Shown here piece after piece: positions 8,057-16,495 of a stretch of 64,000 bases of DNA. The DNA comes from Bryobacteraceae bacterium (GTDB lineage: Bacteria > Acidobacteriota > Terriglobia > Bryobacterales > Bryobacteraceae), in the NCBI GenBank assembly GCA_035486995.1, contig DATHMO010000212.1, positions 26,476 to 90,475 on the forward strand, read 5' to 3'. Both the position numbers and the translations under genes were made by a program. The notes below the pieces were generated by a model that saw only the letters and a program-made list of their open reading frames with translations, made no database searches and was not told the origin of the DNA. Position 1 is the first letter of the stretch, and each line of letters starts with the position of its first letter.

Positions 8057-10162
8057 TCAGGTCGTATGTCCGTATTTTCGCATCAAGCCGCGCATGATTC
8101 GCTCGGTGGCGGTGCCAAACGGCTGATCGGTGGTCAGATAGGTCCAGGTGGCGCCGCGATCGGAGGGGTCCATCCCGGCCGCCTCCGCTTCAGTCAATCG
8201 CGTGCCAAGCTCGGGGTCAATTTCGGATTCGAGTTGCCTGAAAAGCGTATGGACCGAGGTCAAATACTCGTGCAGCGGATCGCGGCCGCCCCAGGAAAGC
8301 CACTGGACGCCCTCGCGCAGGTCTGTGATCGTGGCCAGATAATCGGCCCATAGATCGTCTATGTCGCGGAGCGAAACCAGCCGCTCGAAATCGGATGAAC
8401 ACGGTTTCTCGCCCGTCAAAATAGCCTGGCGAACTTGCTGGATCTTCTGCCTCTGGCCCTCGATCACGCTTTCATATTTATGCAGAAAGCGCCGAATTTC
8501 GAGGTTTTGCCCCTCGGCGATGCGCTGGATGTTCTCCACGTCGGGATCTTTGCCGCTCTCACCGCCATATTTCACCAATAAATCGTCCTCGAGCGAGACG
8601 AAGAACTGCGAGCTTCCGGGATCGCCTTGCCGCCCCGCGCGGCCGCGCAATTGGTTATCGATCCGTCGACTTTCGTGACGATTAGTCCCGATCACGTGCA
8701 GCCCGCCCAGTTCGGCCACGCCGGGTCCCAGCCGGATGTCGGTGCCGCGTCCGGCCATGTTGGTTGAGATGGTAACCGCGCCCAATTCGCCCGCGCGCGC
8801 GATCATCGCGGCTTCCTCCTCTTCGTACCGGGCGTTCAGGACCTGATGCGGCATTCCGGTCAGCCGGGCGCTCAGCCGTTCGGATTCCTCGACGCTTGCC
8901 GTGCCAACCAAAACGGGCCGGCCGGTCGAGTGAATCTTGTGGATCTCGCCGATCACGGCCTGCTCCTTGGCCGATCGCCTGCAAAAGACGATGTCGGGCG
9001 CGTCCACTCGAATCATGGGGCGGTTGGTTGGAATCACCTCCACATCCAGCCCGTACACGAGCTGAAATTCGATGGCCTGCGTGGCTGCGGTGCCAGTCAT
9101 CCCGCACACTTTCGGGTACAGCGAGATCAGGTTCTGCAGCGTGATCGATCCCAGAATGCGGCCCTGGGTCTTCAGCGCCAGCCCCTCCTTCGCCTCGATG
9201 GCGGTGTGCAGACCAGCCGGCCAGCGCCGATTCTCAGCGATGCGGCCCTTGAACTCATCGACGGATTCGATGGCGCCGTCCTTCACTAGATAGTCCACGT
9301 CGCGCCGCAGCAGCGCATGAGCGTGGAGGGAATCCTGGACTGCGGTCAACAACGCGAGGTTCTCTTCGTCGTACAAGTTGCCGCAGCCGAACGACGTCTC
9401 GACCGCGCGGATTCCAGCATCGGTGAGTGCCACATTCCGGCTATATTCGTCGAGCGTGAACTGGCGGCCACGGTGAAAATAGCGCGTGAGGCGGTCGACC
9501 TGATTGGCGATCACGTCTGGTCCAGCATCGCCGCCCGCGATCACCAGCGGAATGCGCGCTTCATCGATCAGGATGGAATCGGCTTCGTCAATCACGGCCG
9601 CTGCGAACGGCCGATGCACTTGCTCGCGCGGGCGGAGCGCCAGGCCGTCGCGCAGCAAATCGAAGCCAACCTCGTTGGCGGTGGCATAGGTGATGTCGCA
9701 CGCATAGGCGAGCCGTCGGTCTTCCATCCCCATACCTTGTTGGATGTGCCCGACGGAGAGCCCGAGAAATTCGTAAATTCCGCCCATCCACTGCGCGTCG
9801 CGCCGAGCCAGGTAATCGTTCACCGTCATCACGTGGACGCCTTGGCGCTCTCGCGCGTACCAGGCGATGGCCGGCACCGCCGCCAGCGTCTTGCCTTCGC
9901 CAGTCTGCATTTCGGCGATTTTTCCCGCCGCAAGCGCGAGCGCGCCTTCCAGCTGCACGTCGAACATCTTGAGACCGAGCACACGTTCGGCTGCAACGGA
10001 CGTCAGCGCGAACACATCGGGCAACGGCATCGCGCGCCAATCCGCGGCTCTCAGGTCAGCATCGCTCTGGGCCGCGAATTCCGCGCGACGGTTGTTGATC
10101 AAAGGGAGCAATGATTCGGGCTTAGCCGAATCACGAAAGAGATTCCGCAAGAATTGGCGCAT
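8057..10162 (-). CDS. secA: SecA-family preprotein translocase ATPase, short paralogue (SecA2-like)
   Basis: 701 aa. Contains MFDVQLEGALALAAGKIAEMQTGEGKTL (Walker A), VMTVNDYLARRD, IDEADSILIDEARIPLVIAG and TNMAGRGTDI. It ends soon after the scaffold helix and lacks a C-terminal Zn-finger tail. Confidence 0.9.
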   Translation of the reverse strand: MRQFLRNLFRDSAKPESLLPLINNRRAEFAAQSDADLRAADWRAMPLPDVFALTSVAAERVLGLKMFDVQLEGALALAAGKIAEMQTGEGKTLAAVPAIAWYARERQGVHVMTVNDYLARRDAQWMGGIYEFLGLSVGHIQQGMGMEDRRLAYACDITYATANEVGFDLLRDGLALRPREQVHRPFAAAVIDEADSILIDEARIPLVIAGGDAGPDVIANQVDRLTRYFHRGRQFTLDEYSRNVALTDAGIRAVETSFGCGNLYDEENLALLTAVQDSLHAHALLRRDVDYLVKDGAIESVDEFKGRIAENRRWPAGLHTAIEAKEGLALKTQGRILGSITLQNLISLYPKVCGMTGTAATQAIEFQLVYGLDVEVIPTNRPMIRVDAPDIVFCRRSAKEQAVIGEIHKIHSTGRPVLVGTASVEESERLSARLTGMPHQVLNARYEEEEAAMIARAGELGAVTISTNMAGRGTDIRLGPGVAELGGLHVIGTNRHESRRIDNQLRGRAGRQGDPGSSQFFVSLEDDLLVKYGGESGKDPDVENIQRIAEGQNLEIRRFLHKYESVIEGQRQKIQQVRQAILTGEKPCSSDFERLVSLRDIDDLWADYLATITDLREGVQWLSWGGRDPLHEYLTSVHTLFRQLESEIDPELGTRLTEAEAAGMDPSDRGATWTYLTTDQPFGTATERIMRGLMRKYGHTT

Positions 10163-10195
10163 AACGCCGCCCTCCTTTCTTCTTCGAGGCTGGGA

Positions 10196-10459
10196 CTATC
10201 GAAGAAAAGGGGGCGGACGTTGGTAGAGGGACGCTGCGAAGTACCGCGCTCGTGCAACCGGTTCCTGCGCGAGCGGAGCGATGGGGCGCTGGTAGCGAAT
10301 GACGCGTCTGGTGTGAACCTGCTGCTCGGAGCGCTCCTGCGCAATCCAGACGATCGCGCATCGGGCATCGCCCGGCCGCGCGCTGGTGACTGGCACGGCG
10401 GCACCGGAGGATAGCGCCAATAGCGCGCCGAGGAGCCAGGTGATCGCTCGCTTGTTCAC
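10196..10459 (-). CDS. small hypothetical secreted protein
   Basis: GTG start preceded by GAGGA. Signal-peptide-like MNKRAITWLLGALLALSSGAAVPVTSA. Fills the gap between two co-directional genes. No homology recognised. Confidence 0.35.
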   Translation of the reverse strand: MNKRAITWLLGALLALSSGAAVPVTSARPGDARCAIVWIAQERSEQQVHTRRVIRYQRPIAPLAQEPVARARYFAASLYQRPPPFLR

Positions 10460-10469
10460 TCGGTCCTCA

Positions 10470-11411
10470 TTATACGGATTTCCCCAGCCGATTGATGAAA
10501 CGCGTGGTCAGCGACCGGTGCCTCGGCGAGAACTGGTCCGCGGCGGCGCGCAAATACGGGCGGAACTCCTCGGCCCAATACGCCGCATAGCCACGCTCAT
10601 GAATTTCGCCCAGCACCTGGCTGTAATGCAGTAGAACGCTTCCGCCGAGAGTTTGTCCCGATCGCCAGGCCGCCCGATTGGTCGCACGCGCCAGCCGCAG
10701 CAGCGTCACCGGAACGCGCGCCAGCGCCGAAACCGCCATCACCGACGACAGCTCGAACACCCCGCGATTCTGCGCCGCAGCCTCGGCCTTCAGTTCGTCC
10801 CAATGCTCGCGAAGAAATCCCGCCGTAGGCAGATTGCGTGGAGGAATCTTCGCGACCGCCGTGCGAAACGTAGCCCACTCGCGCCGCAAGCCCGCCACGT
10901 CCAAGGGCGGTGCATTGCACAAATCGGCAACTTGGCTCGCGGTTTGCTCCAGGCCTTCGAGCAACTGATCGACGTTCTCGAATCGTGCCTCCGGGGCGAG
11001 CAGGCCCTCCTGTTGCATCGCCTCCGCGATTTCTTGCACGATGTGACGGCCGGCGCCCGAAACATCCGCCAGCGCGGCCATGATCCACACCGGCGACGCG
11101 CGAAACGCCAGCAATCCCGCCAGCTCGATGCCGTGCCCAGCGGTGCGGCGCAGCAGAAAATCGCTCGCGAGGCCGTCTCCTGTCGGGTAAACGCCTTTCA
11201 CTTCACCCACCCGCTCGATCATGAATCGCAGCGCAATGTCCACCATCATCTGATAAGTTTTCGTGCGGCGAACTGCGGCGGGCAAGGAAACATCGCCGAT
11301 CTCGCGGATCAAACCGCCGGCCAGCGCAGCGGCGGAACGCACCACGCGCTCGGGCAACGAAACCAAATATCGCGCGACCCTGGGAGCCGTACGGTTGCGG
11401 CGCAAGTTCAT
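10470..11411 (-). CDS. conserved hypothetical protein
   Basis: Long ORF with ordinary, non-shadow-ORF amino-acid composition. Start set at MNLRRNRTAP (ATG 11411) to avoid overlapping the divergent gene. The longest ORF would start at 11474. Confidence 0.6.
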   Translation of the reverse strand: MNLRRNRTAPRVARYLVSLPERVVRSAAALAGGLIREIGDVSLPAAVRRTKTYQMMVDIALRFMIERVGEVKGVYPTGDGLASDFLLRRTAGHGIELAGLLAFRASPVWIMAALADVSGAGRHIVQEIAEAMQQEGLLAPEARFENVDQLLEGLEQTASQVADLCNAPPLDVAGLRREWATFRTAVAKIPPRNLPTAGFLREHWDELKAEAAAQNRGVFELSSVMAVSALARVPVTLLRLARATNRAAWRSGQTLGGSVLLHYSQVLGEIHERGYAAYWAEEFRPYLRAAADQFSPRHRSLTTRFINRLGKSV

Positions 11412-11433
11412 CGTGTCACTATAATTGTGCCTG

Positions 11434-11898
11434 ATGGCCGACATCGTAATTCGCCCCAGCATGAAGCTCATCAAGACGGGCTACGTCTGCGCCTTGCTGG
11501 TGGTGTGCGCGGCGGTGTTCGTTCACTACAAATATTTGGTGCAGCAATATCCGGACCAACGCTATCCCTATCTCCCGCTAGCCAGCCTGTTGATTCTGCT
11601 GTGGCCCATCAAGCGGCATCTACGGCGCCAGACTGTCAAGCTGACCCTGGCCGGCGATAAGCTGCGCTACGAAACTGGGCTCGCTTCAAAATCCACGCGC
11701 ATCATTCAACTTCCCAAGGTGCAGGACGTACGGGTGATTCAGTCCATCATGCAACGCATCCTCAACGTCGGTGATGTGTCCATCGAAACCGCCGGCGAGA
11801 ACAGCCGCTTGGTTGTGGAAAATCTGGATGGTCCGCGGCAATTGGCGGAACAACTCACCGACGCTTCCGCGCATCCTCCCACCACCGGCTTGCATTAA
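11434..11898 (+). CDS. membrane protein with bacterial PH domain (bPH_2 / YdbS-YdbT-like)
   Basis: Two N-terminal TM segments, then IIQLPKVQDVRVIQSIMQRILNVGDVSIETAGENS, typical of bPH_2 domains. ATG at 11434. Confidence 0.75.
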   Translation: MADIVIRPSMKLIKTGYVCALLVVCAAVFVHYKYLVQQYPDQRYPYLPLASLLILLWPIKRHLRRQTVKLTLAGDKLRYETGLASKSTRIIQLPKVQDVRVIQSIMQRILNVGDVSIETAGENSRLVVENLDGPRQLAEQLTDASAHPPTTGLH

Positions 11899-11982
11899 AT
11901 CCTTGTAACAATAAACGTTTCAACGACTTCCCTACTGGGGCTAGGGCCCCAATCAGCCACTTTTTTGTTATGGTAATAGGAA

Positions 11983-13977
11983 GTGACTCGCTTTCATTTC
12001 GTGTTACTTCTGGCTGCTGCCACGTTTCCCTTAGCCGGCGCCTGGAAGTTGGCTGGTCCGTTTGGGGGAAGCGCGCGTGCAATTGCTATCGATCCGCGAA
12101 ATGGCGGAACTTTAATCGCCGGATCACGCGACTCGCTGCTATTCCGTTCCGACGACGCCGGAGCATCCTGGCGGCTGCTGCCGTTTCCACGTGGAACACC
12201 GGGCGTATTTAATTCAGTCCTGATTCATCCCACCGAATCCGGTCATTTTTACGCGGGACTCGACGCGGGTGATTCTCAGGATTCCGGCGTTTGGGAGAGC
12301 ACCGATGGGGGCGATCACTGGCGCGTTTTGGATGGAACGCGAGGTGCGCGGATTGAATCACTGGCTATTTCGCCCGCCGACGCGGGACTAATCGCGGCCG
12401 GCACATCGAAAGGCGTTTTTATCAGCGCTGACGCCGGCGCGTCGTGGACGAGAATCTCGCGGGAGACCGACCCGGAGATGCAGGACATAACAGCCCTGGC
12501 TTTCGATCCCGCCGACACGCACACCCTCTATGCGGGAACTCCGCACCTGCCCTGGAAAACCACCGATGGCGGGGCAACGTGGCACTCCATTTCCACGGGA
12601 TTGATCGACGATTCCGATATTTTCTCGATTCGCGTCGATCCGAAGAAACCGCAATTGCTCTTTGCCAGCGCCTGTAGCGGAATCTATCGCAGCGACAGCG
12701 CGGGCGAGAGCTGGGTGAAGATCCACGGCATCCCGGGGACGCATCGCCGGACCCACATAATTTCCGAAGATCCCCGTAATTCCGACACGATTTTCGCGGG
12801 AACTACCCTGGGGCTTTTCAAATCGCCCGACGGCGGCAAAACCTGGCGGCATTTGAGTTTCGAGCAGGTGAACTGGATGGTGTTCGACCCCACCGAGCCG
12901 CGCACCCTGTACCTGGCCACCGAATATGCGGGAATTTTGAAAAGTACGGACTCGGGGGAAACCTTGCGGCCCGTGAATCTGGGCTTCGCCAACCACCGGC
13001 TGTCGCAGATCGCATCGGATGGAAAACGGTTGTACGCGAGCAGCACTTATGAAGGCTTGTTCGGAGGCGTATTTGTCAGCGATGACGGCGGCCTGGCTTG
13101 GTCCCTGCGCGCCAATGAAGAAGCGCTGCTTGGCCGAAACCTTCACAGCCTGACAGCGTCTCCAGGAGGCACAGTTGTTTTCGGGGCAAGCGAGGATGCA
13201 ATTTTGAAATCGGCGGACGCCGGCAAAACATGGTCGGCCGTGCCCGTTCCACGCCCTCTCACGAGGAAAGGCCTGCCGGTGGCCAGCGCCAGGCGAAACC
13301 GAATCCACGCACTGCGCGCCGTCTCCCTGGATTCCGACAAAGGCAAGATGGTGCTTTTCGCCGGCACCGACGAGGGATTATTCCACAGCTCGAACCTGGG
13401 AACCACCTGGGAGCAAGTGAAGGCGGCCGGCTTAAACGGAATTCCGATCCTTGCGGTGTATGCGCCATCGAGCGGGGCTTCGCGCCTGGCCGCGCGAACC
13501 TCGGCCGGTCTGTTCATTTCCGGAGATCTGGGGCGCACCTGGCAACTCGCCGTCTTGCCGGATAGCAGTTATTATCTGTACGACTTGGCCCTGCCCGCCA
13601 GCCGCGACGTCGCCATTCTCGCGGCAACTTCCCGTGGCCTGCTGCGTTCTAATGACGAAGGGGCACATTGGAAACTGGTGACGGAAGGCGTACCCGCAGC
13701 CACGGTGGATTCCGTGCGCTTCACTCCGGAGCAAAATCAGGAGGCTTTCCTGGTTCAGTACGGCCGAGTTTACCGCACGGTGGACGGTGGCGATTCGTGG
13801 CAGTCACTTTCCAGTGTCGGTCTTGAGGACGCCGCCATTCATACTTTGTGGTTCGCGTCCGATCTTCCCCGGCGGATTTTTGCACTTACTCCCGCGCGGG
13901 GTGCATTGGTTTTCGATCTGCCCCAGGCCCAGACGGCCAAACAAGGCGATCACGCTGTTATCTCGAGCAGTAATTGA
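11983..13977 (+). CDS. BNR/Asp-box repeat beta-propeller protein (secreted)
   Basis: Signal peptide, then about 13 SxDxGxTW-type boxes (SDDAGASW, STDGGDHW, SADAGASW, TTDGGATW, SPDGGKTW, SADAGKTW, TVDGGDSW and others). Confidence 0.85.
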   Translation: MTRFHFVLLLAAATFPLAGAWKLAGPFGGSARAIAIDPRNGGTLIAGSRDSLLFRSDDAGASWRLLPFPRGTPGVFNSVLIHPTESGHFYAGLDAGDSQDSGVWESTDGGDHWRVLDGTRGARIESLAISPADAGLIAAGTSKGVFISADAGASWTRISRETDPEMQDITALAFDPADTHTLYAGTPHLPWKTTDGGATWHSISTGLIDDSDIFSIRVDPKKPQLLFASACSGIYRSDSAGESWVKIHGIPGTHRRTHIISEDPRNSDTIFAGTTLGLFKSPDGGKTWRHLSFEQVNWMVFDPTEPRTLYLATEYAGILKSTDSGETLRPVNLGFANHRLSQIASDGKRLYASSTYEGLFGGVFVSDDGGLAWSLRANEEALLGRNLHSLTASPGGTVVFGASEDAILKSADAGKTWSAVPVPRPLTRKGLPVASARRNRIHALRAVSLDSDKGKMVLFAGTDEGLFHSSNLGTTWEQVKAAGLNGIPILAVYAPSSGASRLAARTSAGLFISGDLGRTWQLAVLPDSSYYLYDLALPASRDVAILAATSRGLLRSNDEGAHWKLVTEGVPAATVDSVRFTPEQNQEAFLVQYGRVYRTVDGGDSWQSLSSVGLEDAAIHTLWFASDLPRRIFALTPARGALVFDLPQAQTAKQGDHAVISSSN

Positions 13978-14000
13978 AAATCAGAGGAAAGGTGAAAAAC

Positions 14001-15860
14001 ATGCGAGCAGTATGGAGGTATCCGGTTCTGGCGCTGGTTGCGTTGGGCGTCTTAGGGATTCCGAATCCAGCACGTGCCCAAAACGCCGCGGCACACTCAG
14101 ATGAAGACAACAACTTCTTTGAATTAAACATCTACGGCGGATATTCCGACTACAAGAAGATCGATGCCGGCCTGGGCGCCAAGATCCAGGGAGGCACCAT
14201 CTTAGGCGGCCGCGTTACCGAGAATTTCTGGAATTACGTGGGTATTGAGGAAGATTTCAACGGGTACTCGTGGAACAAGTATCAGTTCCTGTCGTATCCA
14301 ACCGACGGAATTGCCCTCTACCCGCCGTTCCCGATTCACACCCTCCAGCCCGCCGTGGATGTGGTGCTGCATTTTACGCCGCGCACCAGCAGGTTTCGGC
14401 CATTCGTCGCGGCCGGTGCAGGCGGCACCTTCGATGTGTTGGGCAAGAACGCAAAGAAGTGGGCCGAGGGGTTGCCAGCCGAAGCTGGTTTCGGTGGATT
14501 TAAGTCCGACGAGCGCTTTCAAGGCAACTACGGAGGCGGAATCAAGTACCAGCTCAACAAATGGATCGGCGTTCGATTCGACGTCCGCGGCCTAACCGGG
14601 ATCGCCCCACGCTTTGGTCTTCCGAGCGGCCCGCCCAGCACCACCGGCGCCTACATTCCCAACGGCAGAATCCTGAACGGGATTCAGGCGACCGCCGGTC
14701 TTACCGTTTATCTTGGGCACCGCGGCGAGCTTCCCCCTCCGCCGCCACCGCCGCCTCCGCCACCAGCGCCGAGAGTCCTGGGCGCAATCAATGGGGGCAC
14801 CATCAGCGCCAGCCCACTCACGGTTTGTCCGGGCGACGCGGTTCGGCTGACTTCGAATGCGTCTGATCCGGAGGGCCACCAGTTGACCTATCAATGGTCC
14901 GCGAACGGGAGCTCGGTTGGAACGGGCGCTCAATACACCTACACACCAAACTCCTCCGGCGACGTCCGCATCGGCCTGCATGTTGTCGACTCGAGCGATG
15001 CCGCGCGCACCGGCGACGCCAGCCCGGTTTCGATCCACGTGAACACCTACAGCCGCCCGACGATCAGCGGCGTGACGGCTAATCCATCGACACTGGATCG
15101 CGGCCAGAGCTCCAATCTGCACGCCACCGCCATGGGTTCCGATTGCAGCGGCAGGCTCACCATCAGCTGGGCGGCCGCCGAGGGCACAGTCTCTGGCACC
15201 GGAGCCGACGCTCAATTCAACTCCAGCACGGTTTCCTTCAACGAGGGCGACCGCAGCCGTCCACAATCCAAGCAAGTGAACGTGACCGCGACGGTGACGG
15301 ACACCAAGGGCGGCTCCGCCAGCGCATCCACGATCATCACTGTCAATTTCGGCGCCGAGGCCCGGCATTTCGGCGATATTCTGTTCACCAAGGACAGTGC
15401 GCGAGTCAACAACTGCGGCAAGCGAGTATTGATCGAGCAACTCTATCCGCAGCTCACCGCCAACCCGAACTACGATGTGGTTCTGGTGGGCCATATCGAC
15501 GCGAGCGAAACGCCCAAGGGCAAAACGCGGCGCGGACGCGACCTGGATCGCAATCGCGTGCTCCAAACCGCTGCGGTATTGAGCGGTGGCAGCGGCACGT
15601 GCAGCTCGCTCGACGTATCCCGCATCAAGGGAAGCTGGGTGGGCACGACGCAGGAGACGGAATCGCTACCGACCTCTTGCGCCGTTTCGACCACGGCCCC
15701 CAAGGAGCGCAGGGGAGCGGCCATCGAAGACAGCAATGAAGCCAAGAATCGCCGGGTGGAAATCTGGCTGGTTCCCAAAGGCATGGCGCTGCCGGCCGCG
15801 GCTCGCGATGGTAAAGAGCTGCCGGACGCCGACCTGAAGAAGATCGGCTGCCCGAAGTAG
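14001..15860 (+). CDS. OmpA-family outer membrane protein: beta-barrel + poly-Pro linker + Ig/PKD-like repeats + OmpA_C
   Basis: Signal peptide MRAVWRYPVLALVALGVLGIPNPARAQ. OMP beta-barrel-like N-domain and an 11-Pro linker. Ig-like repeats (DPEGHQLTYQWSANG). C-terminal OmpA motif NRRVEIWLVP. Alternative TTG start at 13974. Confidence 0.85.
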   Translation: MRAVWRYPVLALVALGVLGIPNPARAQNAAAHSDEDNNFFELNIYGGYSDYKKIDAGLGAKIQGGTILGGRVTENFWNYVGIEEDFNGYSWNKYQFLSYPTDGIALYPPFPIHTLQPAVDVVLHFTPRTSRFRPFVAAGAGGTFDVLGKNAKKWAEGLPAEAGFGGFKSDERFQGNYGGGIKYQLNKWIGVRFDVRGLTGIAPRFGLPSGPPSTTGAYIPNGRILNGIQATAGLTVYLGHRGELPPPPPPPPPPPAPRVLGAINGGTISASPLTVCPGDAVRLTSNASDPEGHQLTYQWSANGSSVGTGAQYTYTPNSSGDVRIGLHVVDSSDAARTGDASPVSIHVNTYSRPTISGVTANPSTLDRGQSSNLHATAMGSDCSGRLTISWAAAEGTVSGTGADAQFNSSTVSFNEGDRSRPQSKQVNVTATVTDTKGGSASASTIITVNFGAEARHFGDILFTKDSARVNNCGKRVLIEQLYPQLTANPNYDVVLVGHIDASETPKGKTRRGRDLDRNRVLQTAAVLSGGSGTCSSLDVSRIKGSWVGTTQETESLPTSCAVSTTAPKERRGAAIEDSNEAKNRRVEIWLVPKGMALPAAARDGKELPDADLKKIGCPK

Positions 15861-15883
15861 CCAACTAGAGTAGTTGTTTTGGG

Positions 15884-15920
15884 GCGCCGGGTGCTTCACC
15901 GCACTCGGCGCTTTTTATTT
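15884..15920 (+). terminator. rho-independent terminator after the OmpA-family gene
   Basis: Stem GCGCCGGGTGC (15884-15894), loop TTCACC, stem GCACTCGGCGC (15901-15911). That is 11 bp including one G-U pair, followed by TTTTTATTT. It overlaps the stop codon of the convergent Uma2 pseudogene. Confidence 0.6.
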
Positions 15921-16464
15921 GGGCCAGATGCCGGCGATATCGACCGAGGCTTCCGGGAAGCGCGCGGGTTTGAGCAGGCCTTCGCGGAGCAGGGCCGTCG
16001 TGGTGAGATGGCCATTCTGTAGGAGCAGCACTTCGACCGTTTGGGCTTCGGGCGAAACAACCCAAATCTCGGGAACGCCCAGGCTCTCGTAATCCTTCAG
16101 TTTTTCGGCGCGCTCGGAGCGCGTGTTGGCGGGGGAAAGAACTTCGACGACGAGTTCCGGGCGGAGTGAATGTAACCGTCCTTCTCTACCACGTTTTTTC
16201 GGATGAAGACCGCGATGTCGGGAACGCGCATGGTGAGCGGAGGTCCTTTGCGTATCACCAGCCCGAAAGCGGTAACCACCACTTGAACGGTACTGCGATC
16301 CAGCTTCGCCCTGAGCAGGTCAGCCAGATTTTCGACGGTGTCTGCATGGATAATCCTCGTTGGTTGCACCCTGCGGATTTCACCGTTGACGACCTCCTCC
16401 ACGCCTTCCACCTCCGAAGCGTGAGCCATTCTTCGTTTGTAAGAGTCTTTGAAGTCGTCGCCAT
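15915..16464 (-). pseudogene. Uma2-family (DUF820) endonuclease gene disrupted by two single-C deletions
   Basis: Three reading-frame segments join into a 183-aa Uma2-like protein: MATTSKTLTNEEWLTL | EVEGVEEVVNGEI...DGYIHSA | PELVVEVLSPANTRSERAEKLKDYESLGVPEIWVV...IWPK*. Frame breaks lie near 16411-16419 and 16157-16164. The span is 550 nt, which equals 552 minus 2. Confidence 0.75.
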
Positions 16465-16495
16465 GGCGGTGCTTTGTCTTAGTGTACGATGAGCG

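Noticed and set aside
11936-11966. Terminator after the bPH_2 gene (TGGGGC-TAGG-GCCCCA hairpin)
   Set aside because: The stem is only 6 bp and the T-run starts 9-10 nt after the stem. That is not a convincing intrinsic terminator.
14733-14771. CCN-rich DNA tract as a variable-number repeat
   Set aside because: It encodes the poly-proline hinge of the OmpA-family protein with mixed CCG, CCA, CCT and CCC codons. It is not a perfect DNA repeat.
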